DNA from: Desulfatiglandales bacterium
GTDB lineage: Bacteria; Desulfobacterota; DSM-4660; Desulfatiglandales; HGW-15
NCBI GenBank assembly: GCA_963667015.2
Contig: CAXXJJ010000001.1
Coordinates: 1,888,001 to 1,952,000, forward strand
Length of the DNA stretch: 64,000 bases
Direction: 5' to 3'
The notes under the pieces are model-generated. The model was not told the DNA's origin. It did not search any database and saw nothing but the letters and a program-made list of their open reading frames with translations. This document shows positions 48,878 to 56,991 of the stretch, in pieces (positions within the stretch are counted from its first letter, which is position 1; each line of letters begins with the position of its first letter). Made by a program: the position numbers and the translations under genes.

Positions 48878-51182
48878 ACCGGGTAGGGCAAGGGCTTCTC
48901 AGCCCCTTTCCCCCCTAAGAAACGTACGTGATAGTTTCCCATCATACGGCTCAAGCATTTCACAAGGACGATCTTCTGGAACGCCCCGACTACGTTTCCC
49001 ACTAATTAGCGTATAAAATCGCACGATTGGCTTTTGCCGTCAAGGCTGGTAATAATCGCTTCTCCTTATCATGCCTGCGTTGCCAAAAGTAACCGGCGTA
49101 CTTCTTAAGGTAAGGATTAGCGTCTGCCTTGATTTTAATATGCCTTTTAATGCCCAAATGGCCTAAGCGTAAAACGCTGTAGACTTTCTTCCCCAGCGTA
49201 GTTTTACCTACTGCGGAAAATACCCATTTTTTACCATCTACCATCCAGTACTTCTTAACAAGCCATTTCTTTGACTTTCTTGGATGGCGTTTTCTGAGCA
49301 TTCTCCATAACTGGTCATAGACATAACCGTCAATACGATAAAATGATGCTCCGGCTACTACATGACGATGGTAGTTGCCCCAACCTCGAAGTACAGAGTT
49401 CAGTTCCTTTATCATGGCAGGCATTGGTGCACTGACGTATTTGCGGATTATTCCGCCGAGGCGTTGTATCAATGATTCTACGCCCTCTTTTGAAGGCCTT
49501 ATGTGCAATGTCTTGCCGTGTTTCCGGAATGTTTGTCCCAGAAACATAAAACTGTCCCGGATATGTGTGATGGCAGTCTTTTGCTCAGAGAGATTTAATC
49601 CTCTTTCTCTTAAGAATTCTACGACCGCCGGCTTTACCTGTTTTTCTAAAAGCCTTCTGGATTTCCCTGTGATGATAAAATCATCCGCATAACGAATAAA
49701 ATTTACTCTGGATCTACGCGGGACTGATTTATGTACAGCTTCTTCCAGTCCGTCCAGAACCATATTCATTAACGTAGGGCTTATAATACCTCCCTGTGGT
49801 GTTCCTCTTCGGGTTGGATATCTTATCCCTTTTTCCACAAATCCTGCCTTCAACCACTTGGCCAGTATTTCTTTATCCATTGGGATGTTTGCCAGCATCC
49901 ACTCATGCGATATGTTGTCAAAACATCCTTCAATGTCGGCTTCAAGCACCCACGTTGCGGAGTTTGGCTTGTTTAAGGCATTGAATGCCGCTCCTACTGC
50001 ATCGGCACAGCTCCGCCCCTCTCTAAATCCATATGAGTTGCGGTCAGCTAATGTTTCTGCTATAGGAGCTAAAGCAAGTTTGTACAATGCCTGCATTGCC
50101 CTGTCATACATTGTAGGTATACTTAAAGGACGTTTCTTTTTACTTCTCTTTTTAGAAATATACGTCCTTCTAAGCGGTTGAGGTCTGTAACCTCTTTTGT
50201 GCAGGCTGTTAGCAGCCTGCCATTTGGTTTTGGCGCCTTTCCATAAGATGCCGTCAATGCCGGGTGTTTTCTTACCCTTATTAGTAGTCACTCTTTTTAC
50301 TGCCAGAAGCTTGGCAGCTCTTGAGCGTGTGAGCAGATATTGTAATGATTTAACCTTATTCCATCTGCCTTCCTGCGTAGCCTTTGCGATACGCATCTGC
50401 AGCCGTCTAACCTTTTTCCGCTCTGCTGTCCAGTCCACGCTGTTCCAGCATGCGGAGTCTGACTTCTTATCTTGGCTTTTGAGTGCACCAGCCGAAGCTG
50501 TCTTTTGCTTTCTCATCTACAACGGTTCTCCAGATTATCTCGCAAGGAAACACCAGTCGGATGTCTGCCCCCATTTCGGTATTCCTTTGACTCCTTCTAC
50601 CTTTTAGGACTGCCATGTTTCATGCAGTATCCTTCCCGCTACAGGAAGGCATTTGCTTGTTCCGACCTCTCATTGCCGACCCTCCATGGGCTTGCCTTAT
50701 ACGGTTAGCTTGCCATGCATTGCGTGACATGGCGGACTGCCGGCTTTTCCACGTTCCGCATAATCACCTTAAATGAATAACTTAGGTGGTACCTGTACGC
50801 CGATGGCTTGTGTTCCCGCATGGGCACGTTAGAAACCCATGACCACACCACATCTATCCGCCCAGAGGGATAGATCTTCGACCTTTATCCTGAAGTCAGG
50901 AAGTTAGCTCTCGTAGGTCTAGACTTTTATGACGACGCTTAAGGTCTTTGATTAATCTCACCATATTATCCAGCCCTCGCCCTTAACCCGGTAGAGCTCC
51001 GGGATGGGTTCGCCTGTCACCATTTGAACCCGTTTCGGTACTTTGTCCACGGGGCTTCACACTCTGTCATACGCGCAACAGCAGCATGCCCGTGTAGGGG
51101 ACTGGAGGGGACGCTCCAGGTGTTGCCATGTATGGTGTAACCTCATGGTCAACACATATGATTATGCGACATCGTGTCGCAA
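48878..51182 (-). mobile_element. group II intron (2305 nt) inserted in an attC core site
   Basis: 5' TTGCGACACG, 34-nt domain V GAGCCGTATG...CGTTTC at 48919-48952, 3' CCTACCCGGT; removal restores GTTAT^GCA. Confidence 0.9.
49002..50516 (-). CDS. ltrA: group II intron reverse transcriptase/maturase (no HNH domain)
   Basis: WNSVDW N-terminus, TPGIDG, GTPQGGIISP, RYADDF, LRGWGNYHR. Confidence 0.95.
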   Translation of the reverse strand: MRKQKTASAGALKSQDKKSDSACWNSVDWTAERKKVRRLQMRIAKATQEGRWNKVKSLQYLLTRSRAAKLLAVKRVTTNKGKKTPGIDGILWKGAKTKWQAANSLHKRGYRPQPLRRTYISKKRSKKKRPLSIPTMYDRAMQALYKLALAPIAETLADRNSYGFREGRSCADAVGAAFNALNKPNSATWVLEADIEGCFDNISHEWMLANIPMDKEILAKWLKAGFVEKGIRYPTRRGTPQGGIISPTLMNMVLDGLEEAVHKSVPRRSRVNFIRYADDFIITGKSRRLLEKQVKPAVVEFLRERGLNLSEQKTAITHIRDSFMFLGQTFRKHGKTLHIRPSKEGVESLIQRLGGIIRKYVSAPMPAMIKELNSVLRGWGNYHRHVVAGASFYRIDGYVYDQLWRMLRKRHPRKSKKWLVKKYWMVDGKKWVFSAVGKTTLGKKVYSVLRLGHLGIKRHIKIKADANPYLKKYAGYFWQRRHDKEKRLLPALTAKANRAILYAN

Positions 51183-51310
51183 ATAACGCTGAGTTAAGGT
51201 GCCTGGCGTTTTTATGGCACCTAGCCACATACTCTTAAGATAGTTGATAATATTGACACAGCTCCGCTCGGCGATATAGTAGCCAGGTCACCTTGAACGT
51301 GATGTTATAA
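51183..51310 (-). repeat. attC site (core interrupted by the intron)
   Basis: GTTAAGGTGCCTGGC/GCCAGGTCACCTTGAAC. Confidence 0.88.
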
Positions 51311-51670
51311 CCCATTTTGCTTCAGGTAATCAGCAATCTCATTATTATTGGAAAGCATTGCATATTCACTTGGTAGTTGTCCTTCTTCATTTGGTACAGG
51401 CTTTGCTCCAAGCTTAACCAATAGTTCTATTGCTTTTCTGTGCCCTTGTGCAACTGCTTCCATTAAAGGAGTAAAGCCATGTTCACCCCTTGCATTTATA
51501 TTGGCTCCAGCATCCACTAGCATTTGAATTCCTTCACAGTCACCCCAGACTGCGACAACATGAAGAGGTCTTGTGGAAAACAATCCAATTGTATTTGGAT
51601 CTAATATTTTTATATCACTAAAATCTGCAACTGATTCAATTTCTCTATATAGTTCTTCTAATGTCTTCAT
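51305..51670 (-). CDS. ankyrin-repeat protein (cassette)
   Basis: RPLHVVA...GANINARGEHGFTPLMEA. Confidence 0.88.
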   Translation of the reverse strand: MKTLEELYREIESVADFSDIKILDPNTIGLFSTRPLHVVAVWGDCEGIQMLVDAGANINARGEHGFTPLMEAVAQGHRKAIELLVKLGAKPVPNEEGQLPSEYAMLSNNNEIADYLKQNGL

Positions 51671-51672
51671 AG

Positions 51673-51804
51673 TTATAACGTGAACATTACAGGCCGTGCG
51701 GTGCAAATCTACTTACCCTGTTAAAAGCTTGAAAGGTTTATAACTGCTAGGTGATAAAAATTGGCAAAAAAATAGCACGGTCCTAGTAGATGTTATGGTT
51801 GGCT
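51673..51804 (-). repeat. attC site (family-A type)
   Basis: CATTACAGGCCGTGC/GCACGGTCCTAGTAGATG. Confidence 0.85.
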
Positions 51805-51871
51805 GCCGCCAACCTGTTTAGTTTATTTTTGACTGCATACTTCAATTACTGATTTTAAAGATTTGATGCTT

Positions 51872-52135
51872 TTATTTAATACAGGTTATTTTAATATTCC
51901 GCAAATCAGTTCCACAAAATGGACAGAAAATAATCGGGACTTCATAGTGTGACAATAATTCACCAACCTCATCAGCCTCGAATTCCTCTACGTCCTCTTC
52001 TGTTGCTTCTTCGTATATATATAACCACCACCGCTTTTTATCTCCGGTGTCATATGGATCAAAATAAATAACAGAGACACCATCAGTGGGCATATGGTCA
52101 CAATAGTGATTTTGGTATTCTTTGTTTTCTTCCAT
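51872..52135 (-). CDS. small acidic protein with CPFC motif (cassette with family-A ends)
   Basis: HYCDHM...IIFCPFCGTDL. Confidence 0.7.
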   Translation of the reverse strand: MEENKEYQNHYCDHMPTDGVSVIYFDPYDTGDKKRWWLYIYEEATEEDVEEFEADEVGELLSHYEVPIIFCPFCGTDLRNIKITCIK

Positions 52136-52145
52136 TATTTTTTAC

Positions 52146-52204
52146 AGCCAACGCCCAAAATCAGGGGTGCGGTTTTTTGCATCCCCTGAATTTTGATGTT
52201 ATGT
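52146..52204 (-). repeat. attC site
   Basis: AAAATCAGGGGTGC/GCATCCCCTGAATTTT. Confidence 0.9.
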
Positions 52205-52215
52205 GAAAGGTTCGG

Positions 52216-52659
52216 CTATGGAACTTTATCAGGTATTTGTGCATGGGGAAGATCCAAAGTCTTATTTTTGGTTTGGGATACAGTTGAGTGTATTCCTGTA
52301 TTGTCTTTATTTTCCGATTTGCTTCCTTGCTGTAGTATATATCCTAGATATACCGCTGAAAGAGATGCTATTAGAATTATAAAAGAGTTTATTATGAGCA
52401 CAAAAATTGTCAGCCGTTTTTGTTTTTTAAATATATTTTCATTAAATTCATTTTGTATTCGGATATTCTCTTTGTTGAGATCATGCTGTTGTTTTATAAG
52501 TTCTTTTTCAAATTGTTCACGTTCTTCTATTTGCATATCCTCAAAGACAAGTTGGGCTATTTCGGCTTCTGATATATTATTTAACATTTTAGCTATTTCA
52601 AAGCGTATCCGTAATTTTGATTTTGCTTTATATATTTCATAGTGTTCTTCGGGAGTCAT
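52216..52659 (-). CDS. hypothetical protein, coiled coil plus TM (cassette)
   Basis: ORF track; ends next to an attC. Confidence 0.6.
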   Translation of the reverse strand: MTPEEHYEIYKAKSKLRIRFEIAKMLNNISEAEIAQLVFEDMQIEEREQFEKELIKQQHDLNKENIRIQNEFNENIFKKQKRLTIFVLIINSFIILIASLSAVYLGYILQQGSKSENKDNTGIHSTVSQTKNKTLDLPHAQIPDKVP

Positions 52660-52819
52660 TTTTGCTCTCTATTTTTAGTAAAGGAGGTTAATATTATGAA
52701 TATCACAATAATAGAACAAGGTTCTTCTGATGACGCAAAAAGGATATTAGACAAAATTCTTGATACTTTAAGCGCCGATAAAAATAGTGGCCCTAACTGG
52801 TATGGAGATATTACTATCT

Positions 52820-52981
52820 CTATTTGTTGTACTGGTCGTACTTCTCAGAAAGAAGTTTAAACCATTGATCAAAATGACTTTTGGCGTTCGACTGACCATC
52901 TTCTCTATCAAGTTTATACGTAGAGTGACTAGGGGCAAGTATCATGGCAGTTGCAAGAAAAATTAATTCGTTTTTTGACAT
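52820..52981 (-). CDS. small hypothetical protein (cassette)
   Basis: AAGGTG RBS before MSKNELIF. Confidence 0.45.
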   Translation of the reverse strand: MSKNELIFLATAMILAPSHSTYKLDREDGQSNAKSHFDQWFKLLSEKYDQYNK

Positions 52982-53012
52982 AGTTTTCACCTTTCGTTTA
53001 GAGGTTGGAAAC

Positions 53013-53142
53013 ATATAACGTTTGCGATAAGGCGTTGGCGGGTTAATAGTGCCGATGGTCGATAAAGTATGAAGACCATTGATATTACTGGATATCAATC
53101 GGCAAGAAAAACCAGCCAATCACCTTGATTGCAGGGTTAGCC
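53013..53142 (-). repeat. attC site
   Basis: Sister of 36448. Confidence 0.88.
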
Positions 53143-53256
53143 AAGTTTTGTTAACGTGATTTAGAAAAGCACCTTTATGGTGTTCCTCAATCAATTTTAT
53201 TTCGACCCACTTATTATAGCTTAAATAACATTTGATTTTCCTTCGCCGAAGAAAGG

Positions 53257-53520
53257 TTATTTATATTTGTTATAGCATTCAAGGTCTAAACCTGAGGTAC
53301 ATTTATTTACTGCTACATCAACATCAGCCTCAGATTGTGTAGTAGTTACTGTTAATGAAAATTCAATATCATCAATTTCAACCTTTGCGTTGCAGTCATC
53401 AAGGAAAGTGGGTAATTCTTTGCAGATCTGTTGAATTTTTTCTAATTGATCAAGTTTTGTTTTTTTTAATATAAGGCTTCGGTCAGGAATCGAATTGATT
53501 TTATATTTAAATACACTCAT
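53257..53520 (-). CDS. hypothetical protein (cassette)
   Basis: GGAGG RBS. Confidence 0.6.
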   Translation of the reverse strand: MSVFKYKINSIPDRSLILKKTKLDQLEKIQQICKELPTFLDDCNAKVEIDDIEFSLTVTTTQSEADVDVAVNKCTSGLDLECYNKYK

Positions 53521-53585
53521 ACAGACCTCCAATCTTATTGTAACAACAAATTATTATGCGAATCGGGGTGGTACCCTCTGTACCA

Positions 53586-53924
53586 TTAAATATTTTTATA
53601 ATCTTCCCATGCTTCCTTCATCATGAAATACTTTATTGGCTTACCTTCTTTATAATGTTCTCCGATATATAATTCGCCTGTAGATTTATCTGCGAATTTA
53701 TCAATAGATTCTTTTTGGACTTCTGTGCCTATTGTCCATTCCTCAATCCTAACCCCATTTAACCCCGCTATGTTCACCCTGATGGTTTTCATTTTTGTTA
53801 TTTTCCCATCTCTCTCCCACTGTTCCAAATCGCTTTTCAAAACTTGTTTCGTCCTGCTAACCCCATTCTCATCAGTAACTGTAATTTCTATTTTCTTACC
53901 AAAAAGATCCTTGAATAATCCCAT
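53586..53924 (-). CDS. hypothetical protein (cassette)
   Basis: AGGAGG RBS, MGLFKDLFG start. Confidence 0.7.
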   Translation of the reverse strand: MGLFKDLFGKKIEITVTDENGVSRTKQVLKSDLEQWERDGKITKMKTIRVNIAGLNGVRIEEWTIGTEVQKESIDKFADKSTGELYIGEHYKEGKPIKYFMMKEAWEDYKNI

Positions 53925-53945
53925 GGTAGTTCCTCCTTTTCCAAT

Positions 53946-54023
53946 GGCTAACGGCATAATTAACCGGATGGCTGAAAGCGCGAAAGCGCTTTTAGACATT
54001 CCGAGTTGAATTATTTGTTAGAG
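53946..54023 (-). repeat. attC site
   Basis: GGCTAAC..ATAATTAAC/GTTGAATTAT..GTTAGAG with apical AGCGC-GAAA-GCGCT. Confidence 0.85.
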
Positions 54024-54565
54024 TTTTTGACGTTCAAATCAATAAAGTAACGTGCTTTCATTGTACCAGTGGTAACTGACAGTGATTCTTCTTTCACAAT
54101 ACCACCAATATACTCTATAACCTTCCTAGAAGCAATGTTGTGGGTGTCTGTTGTCAGAAGCACCCTGTCAAGACCCAGCTCTTTGGCTTTACTCAGGGTT
54201 AAAGCGAGTAATTGAGTTCCGTGACCTTGTCTTCGGTACTTAGGACGCACCACGTAGCTTATATGTCCTCCGAAGTCTTCAAGCGAAGGTGTTAGAAAGT
54301 GTCGTAGTGAACTAAAGCCGATAACTGTCGATTCGTTTGACAGGTACCAATATTGCGAAGTGGGAACCCACCCACTCGGTAGACCAATTCCCTGAGACCA
54401 ATTATTCAGTAGGTGAAGGTATGCAAGAATATCTTGGCGTAGCAAACCTGGCTCCAGAAGATGTTCTTGTTCCTTACCGATTTCATCGGCGAATGCTATG
54501 ATTTCATTTTGTATGTTGATCAGAGATTCGGTCGTTTCTACTAATTTGAAATTATGAGTGCTCAT
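54011..54565 (-). CDS. GNAT acetyltransferase (cassette)
   Basis: GGHISYVVRPKYRRQGHG, NIASRKVIE. Confidence 0.9.
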   Translation of the reverse strand: MSTHNFKLVETTESLINIQNEIIAFADEIGKEQEHLLEPGLLRQDILAYLHLLNNWSQGIGLPSGWVPTSQYWYLSNESTVIGFSSLRHFLTPSLEDFGGHISYVVRPKYRRQGHGTQLLALTLSKAKELGLDRVLLTTDTHNIASRKVIEYIGGIVKEESLSVTTGTMKARYFIDLNVKNSNK

Positions 54566-54623
54566 GACTTCATTGTCTCACTATACAAACCATATCTAAA
54601 CTATCCGCTGAAAATTCAATTTA

Positions 54624-55349
54624 CTAAATTCGCTTTTCCAGCCGAGCTAAATAATTGCCATTTTCTTCTTGAAGTAGAATATTACATTCCCAGCCTGTTT
54701 CATACGCTATATTTTTTAATGATTCATAGCCGACATTCAACCAGTTAAATGATGGCCCTTTATTACCTTTGTATTTAAAGTTCATCCGAACTTCTCCTAA
54801 ATACCGATTATTTTCAACATTGAGTTGTTGGTAAGCTAAATGACTATGGTCATTTGTGTATTTGGGGTCCAAAGAATTTAGTATTACTCTCCCATCGGAT
54901 GTTACAAGTTTATGTAAATGTGATAGAAAGTCTCGCAATCCTGAGAGATTGCCGACATTACCAATTGTGCGACCTAAAACCAGCACCGTGTCAAAAGGTC
55001 TTTCATTAAAATTGGATATATCAATACACCGGACATCTTTTATACCATTTCTCTTCATTATCTCACAGGCTGCTTCCAGAACATCAATGGCACAAACTGT
55101 AAAACCTAATTTTTGAAGATGAAGGGAATGTAGGCCCGTTCCGGCACCAATATCAAGAATTCTACCATTGCTCTCGGATACAGAAATGTTATCCGATGGC
55201 ATGTCAGTTACGCCTCTAAAAAAGAGACCGACAGGAATACTATCTACGTGTCCATCATCACGACAATAATCTAGCATTGCCTCGGTATCTCCATTGTAAT
55301 AATCCATTAATGCTTGTCCGAATAGTTCTATTTGCTGTGAATTGTTCAT
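54624..55349 (-). CDS. class I SAM-dependent methyltransferase (cassette)
   Basis: FGQALMDY, ILDIGAGTGLHSL. Confidence 0.9.
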   Translation of the reverse strand: MNNSQQIELFGQALMDYYNGDTEAMLDYCRDDGHVDSIPVGLFFRGVTDMPSDNISVSESNGRILDIGAGTGLHSLHLQKLGFTVCAIDVLEAACEIMKRNGIKDVRCIDISNFNERPFDTVLVLGRTIGNVGNLSGLRDFLSHLHKLVTSDGRVILNSLDPKYTNDHSHLAYQQLNVENNRYLGEVRMNFKYKGNKGPSFNWLNVGYESLKNIAYETGWECNILLQEENGNYLARLEKRI

Positions 55350-55356
55350 ATTCAAA

Positions 55357-55444
55357 CTCTAACGGCCAGCTCACAAGCCACGCCGAGATGCTCAGCAAAA
55401 ATTGAAAGAAGCCCCTCGTGGTCTTGTGAAGCGACAGGTTAAAA
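55357..55444 (-). repeat. attC site
   Basis: Near-identical to 44514. Confidence 0.88.
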
Positions 55445-55684
55445 GCCGATTTCGCCTGCTATTTACCGACTTTGTATTTTTGATAACCAGTTATTATTAC
55501 CACAATATTTTGATTCTTATTTTCTATTTACAACTTTTGGCAAGATTGCCAATTTTTGTAAATAGACATCAATTCAGCCCGGAATTTTATTTTAATACTG
55601 CCATTTGGGGATTCAGGAAATATTTCCTATTTCCCCAAATACCGTAAATGATGCTTTCTTCATTATAGCCTTTCAGCTTTTAAC
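55438..55684. other. ORF-less cassette, family B (first cassette of the array)
   Basis: Near-identical to 44595-44840. Confidence 0.85.
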
Positions 55685-55710
55685 ATGTTATTAACCGGTT
55701 TAGGGCCTGT
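55678..55710 (-). other. putative attI site
   Basis: First GTTAAAA core of the array with no attC hairpin upstream; context GCCCTAAACCGGTTAATAACAT-GTTAAAA. Confidence 0.55.
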
Positions 55711-55717
55711 TTGAAAT

Positions 55718-55854
55718 GTTTCTACATATAGACATATGTTTCTATATGTAGAAAGTTGATTCTTAATGTTTCTATATCTAGAAACTTTTATGTTTCTATA
55801 TATAGAAACTTATAATTTTTTAGGGTTGAATTTTGTGTTTCTATATGTAGAAAC
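55718..55854. repeat. five copies of an 18-bp palindrome GTTTCTAYATNTAGAAAC
   Basis: Copies start at 55718, 55738, 55768, 55792 and 55837. Confidence 0.9.
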
Positions 55855-56007
55855 ATTTCAAGATTACTCATCATTAACAATTCGATCTAATAAATCAAGC
55901 TCTTTTACTTTTACATAAGAAAGTTGCCACACTTTTTATAAAGCAGGCTGAAGTATTTTAGGCTGAAGGCTATTAGCTTTATTTCGCATTTTCTAACGGT
56001 CTTCAGT

Positions 56008-56364
56008 CTATGCTTTCCTCATCGCTCGCAGCAATGCGGATAAAACCTTTTCTGTTTCAATGATCTTTCCCACTGATTTACCATCCTGGCAATTTTTTAG
56101 GTAGCCAAGTTTCCCCGATAGCTCAAACTGATAGTGAAGCTCTCTTAGAGAACCAAATGCTATTTCAAGGAAACGCAAATATTCACTTTGACTTTCTCTC
56201 GCACATCCCTCAACAATATTTGATGGTACCGAAACAGCAGCCCTTCTCATTTGGGATGTCAACCCGAATAGTTCCTCTTTAGGAAATCGCCTTGTTATCT
56301 TGTAGGTTTCTATCGCCACTTCATCTGCCAATTGAAAAGCTTTCAATTTTTTGTGATCACGCAT
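56008..56364 (-). CDS. four-helix-bundle protein (23S rRNA IVP/bAvd-like)
   Basis: FPKEELFGLTSQMRRAAVSVPSNIVEG; flanked by AGGCTGAAG and GAGGTCG short repeats. Confidence 0.9.
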   Translation of the reverse strand: MRDHKKLKAFQLADEVAIETYKITRRFPKEELFGLTSQMRRAAVSVPSNIVEGCARESQSEYLRFLEIAFGSLRELHYQFELSGKLGYLKNCQDGKSVGKIIETEKVLSALLRAMRKA

Positions 56365-56762
56365 TTATTTTCTCCTTTTTTAAAATAGGCTGAAGCCTTT
56401 TAGGCTAAAGGCTTTTAGAGAAAAGCAAAGAAAAAACAGAGGTCAGAGGTCGGAGGTCGGTGCATCAGGAAACTTAAAATTTACGCAGAGTGTCAAAAGA
56501 CGGCGTTCCAGCGGTGGACCATTGGAATGAGGAAATACCAGGTTAAAGATGCTGGCGAAAGATTTTTCGCCACTACGAAAGGCAAAAAACACTGGATTCC
56601 GCGGTTCAGTCTCCGCCAAAGCTTCGCAGTGACAGGCAAGCCGGGGAATGACGTGGTGGGTTGGATTCTACTGTTCGGTCTTCGAACAATCTACAAAGCT
56701 GTCTGGAAATTATAGATTCAAAACATTACATAGGAGGTTTTTAAACGCAATGATGCTGCTTG

Positions 56763-56870
56763 TTATTTCACTAAATTGGGGAGAAAAAGCGCAAAGTCCG
56801 GAAACAAAATAAGGATTATCAAACCAAGAATCATTGCCCCCAGAAAAGGGAATATCCCCTTAAAAATAGT
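56763..56870 (-). pseudogene. orphan 3' end of a dctM paralog
   Basis: TIFKGIFPFLGAMILGLIILILFPDFALFLPNLVK* matches the C-terminus of 62338..63639. Confidence 0.85.
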
Positions 56871-56991
56871 AAATGCAAATCGGGGTCGAACCAGATTCTG
56901 ATTCTGCACTCTCGATTACCCCGATTCTCGATTCTGATTCTATTCTCCGATTCAGATTCAACACTTTTACGCACTTTTCGAATAAATAATT

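Larger units (their letters stand above)
27771..55684 (-). mobile_element. integron gene-cassette array without integrase in window (CALIN-like)
   Basis: 29 attC hairpins separating co-oriented, mostly single-ORF units; most cassettes start with GTTnnnn complementary to their own terminal nnnnAAC. Confidence 0.93.

Noticed and set aside
55718..55854. CRISPR array
   Set aside because: Repeats are only 18 bp, gaps are 2-27 bp and irregular, and there are no cas genes in the window.
49002..56364. Diversity-generating retroelement (RT plus Avd-like gene)
   Set aside because: The RT sits in a complete group II intron with domains V and VI, and I found no TR/VR pair differing only at adenines.
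55860..56990. Integron integrase gene or remnant
   Set aside because: No ORF with tyrosine-recombinase motifs in the ORF track or by eye.
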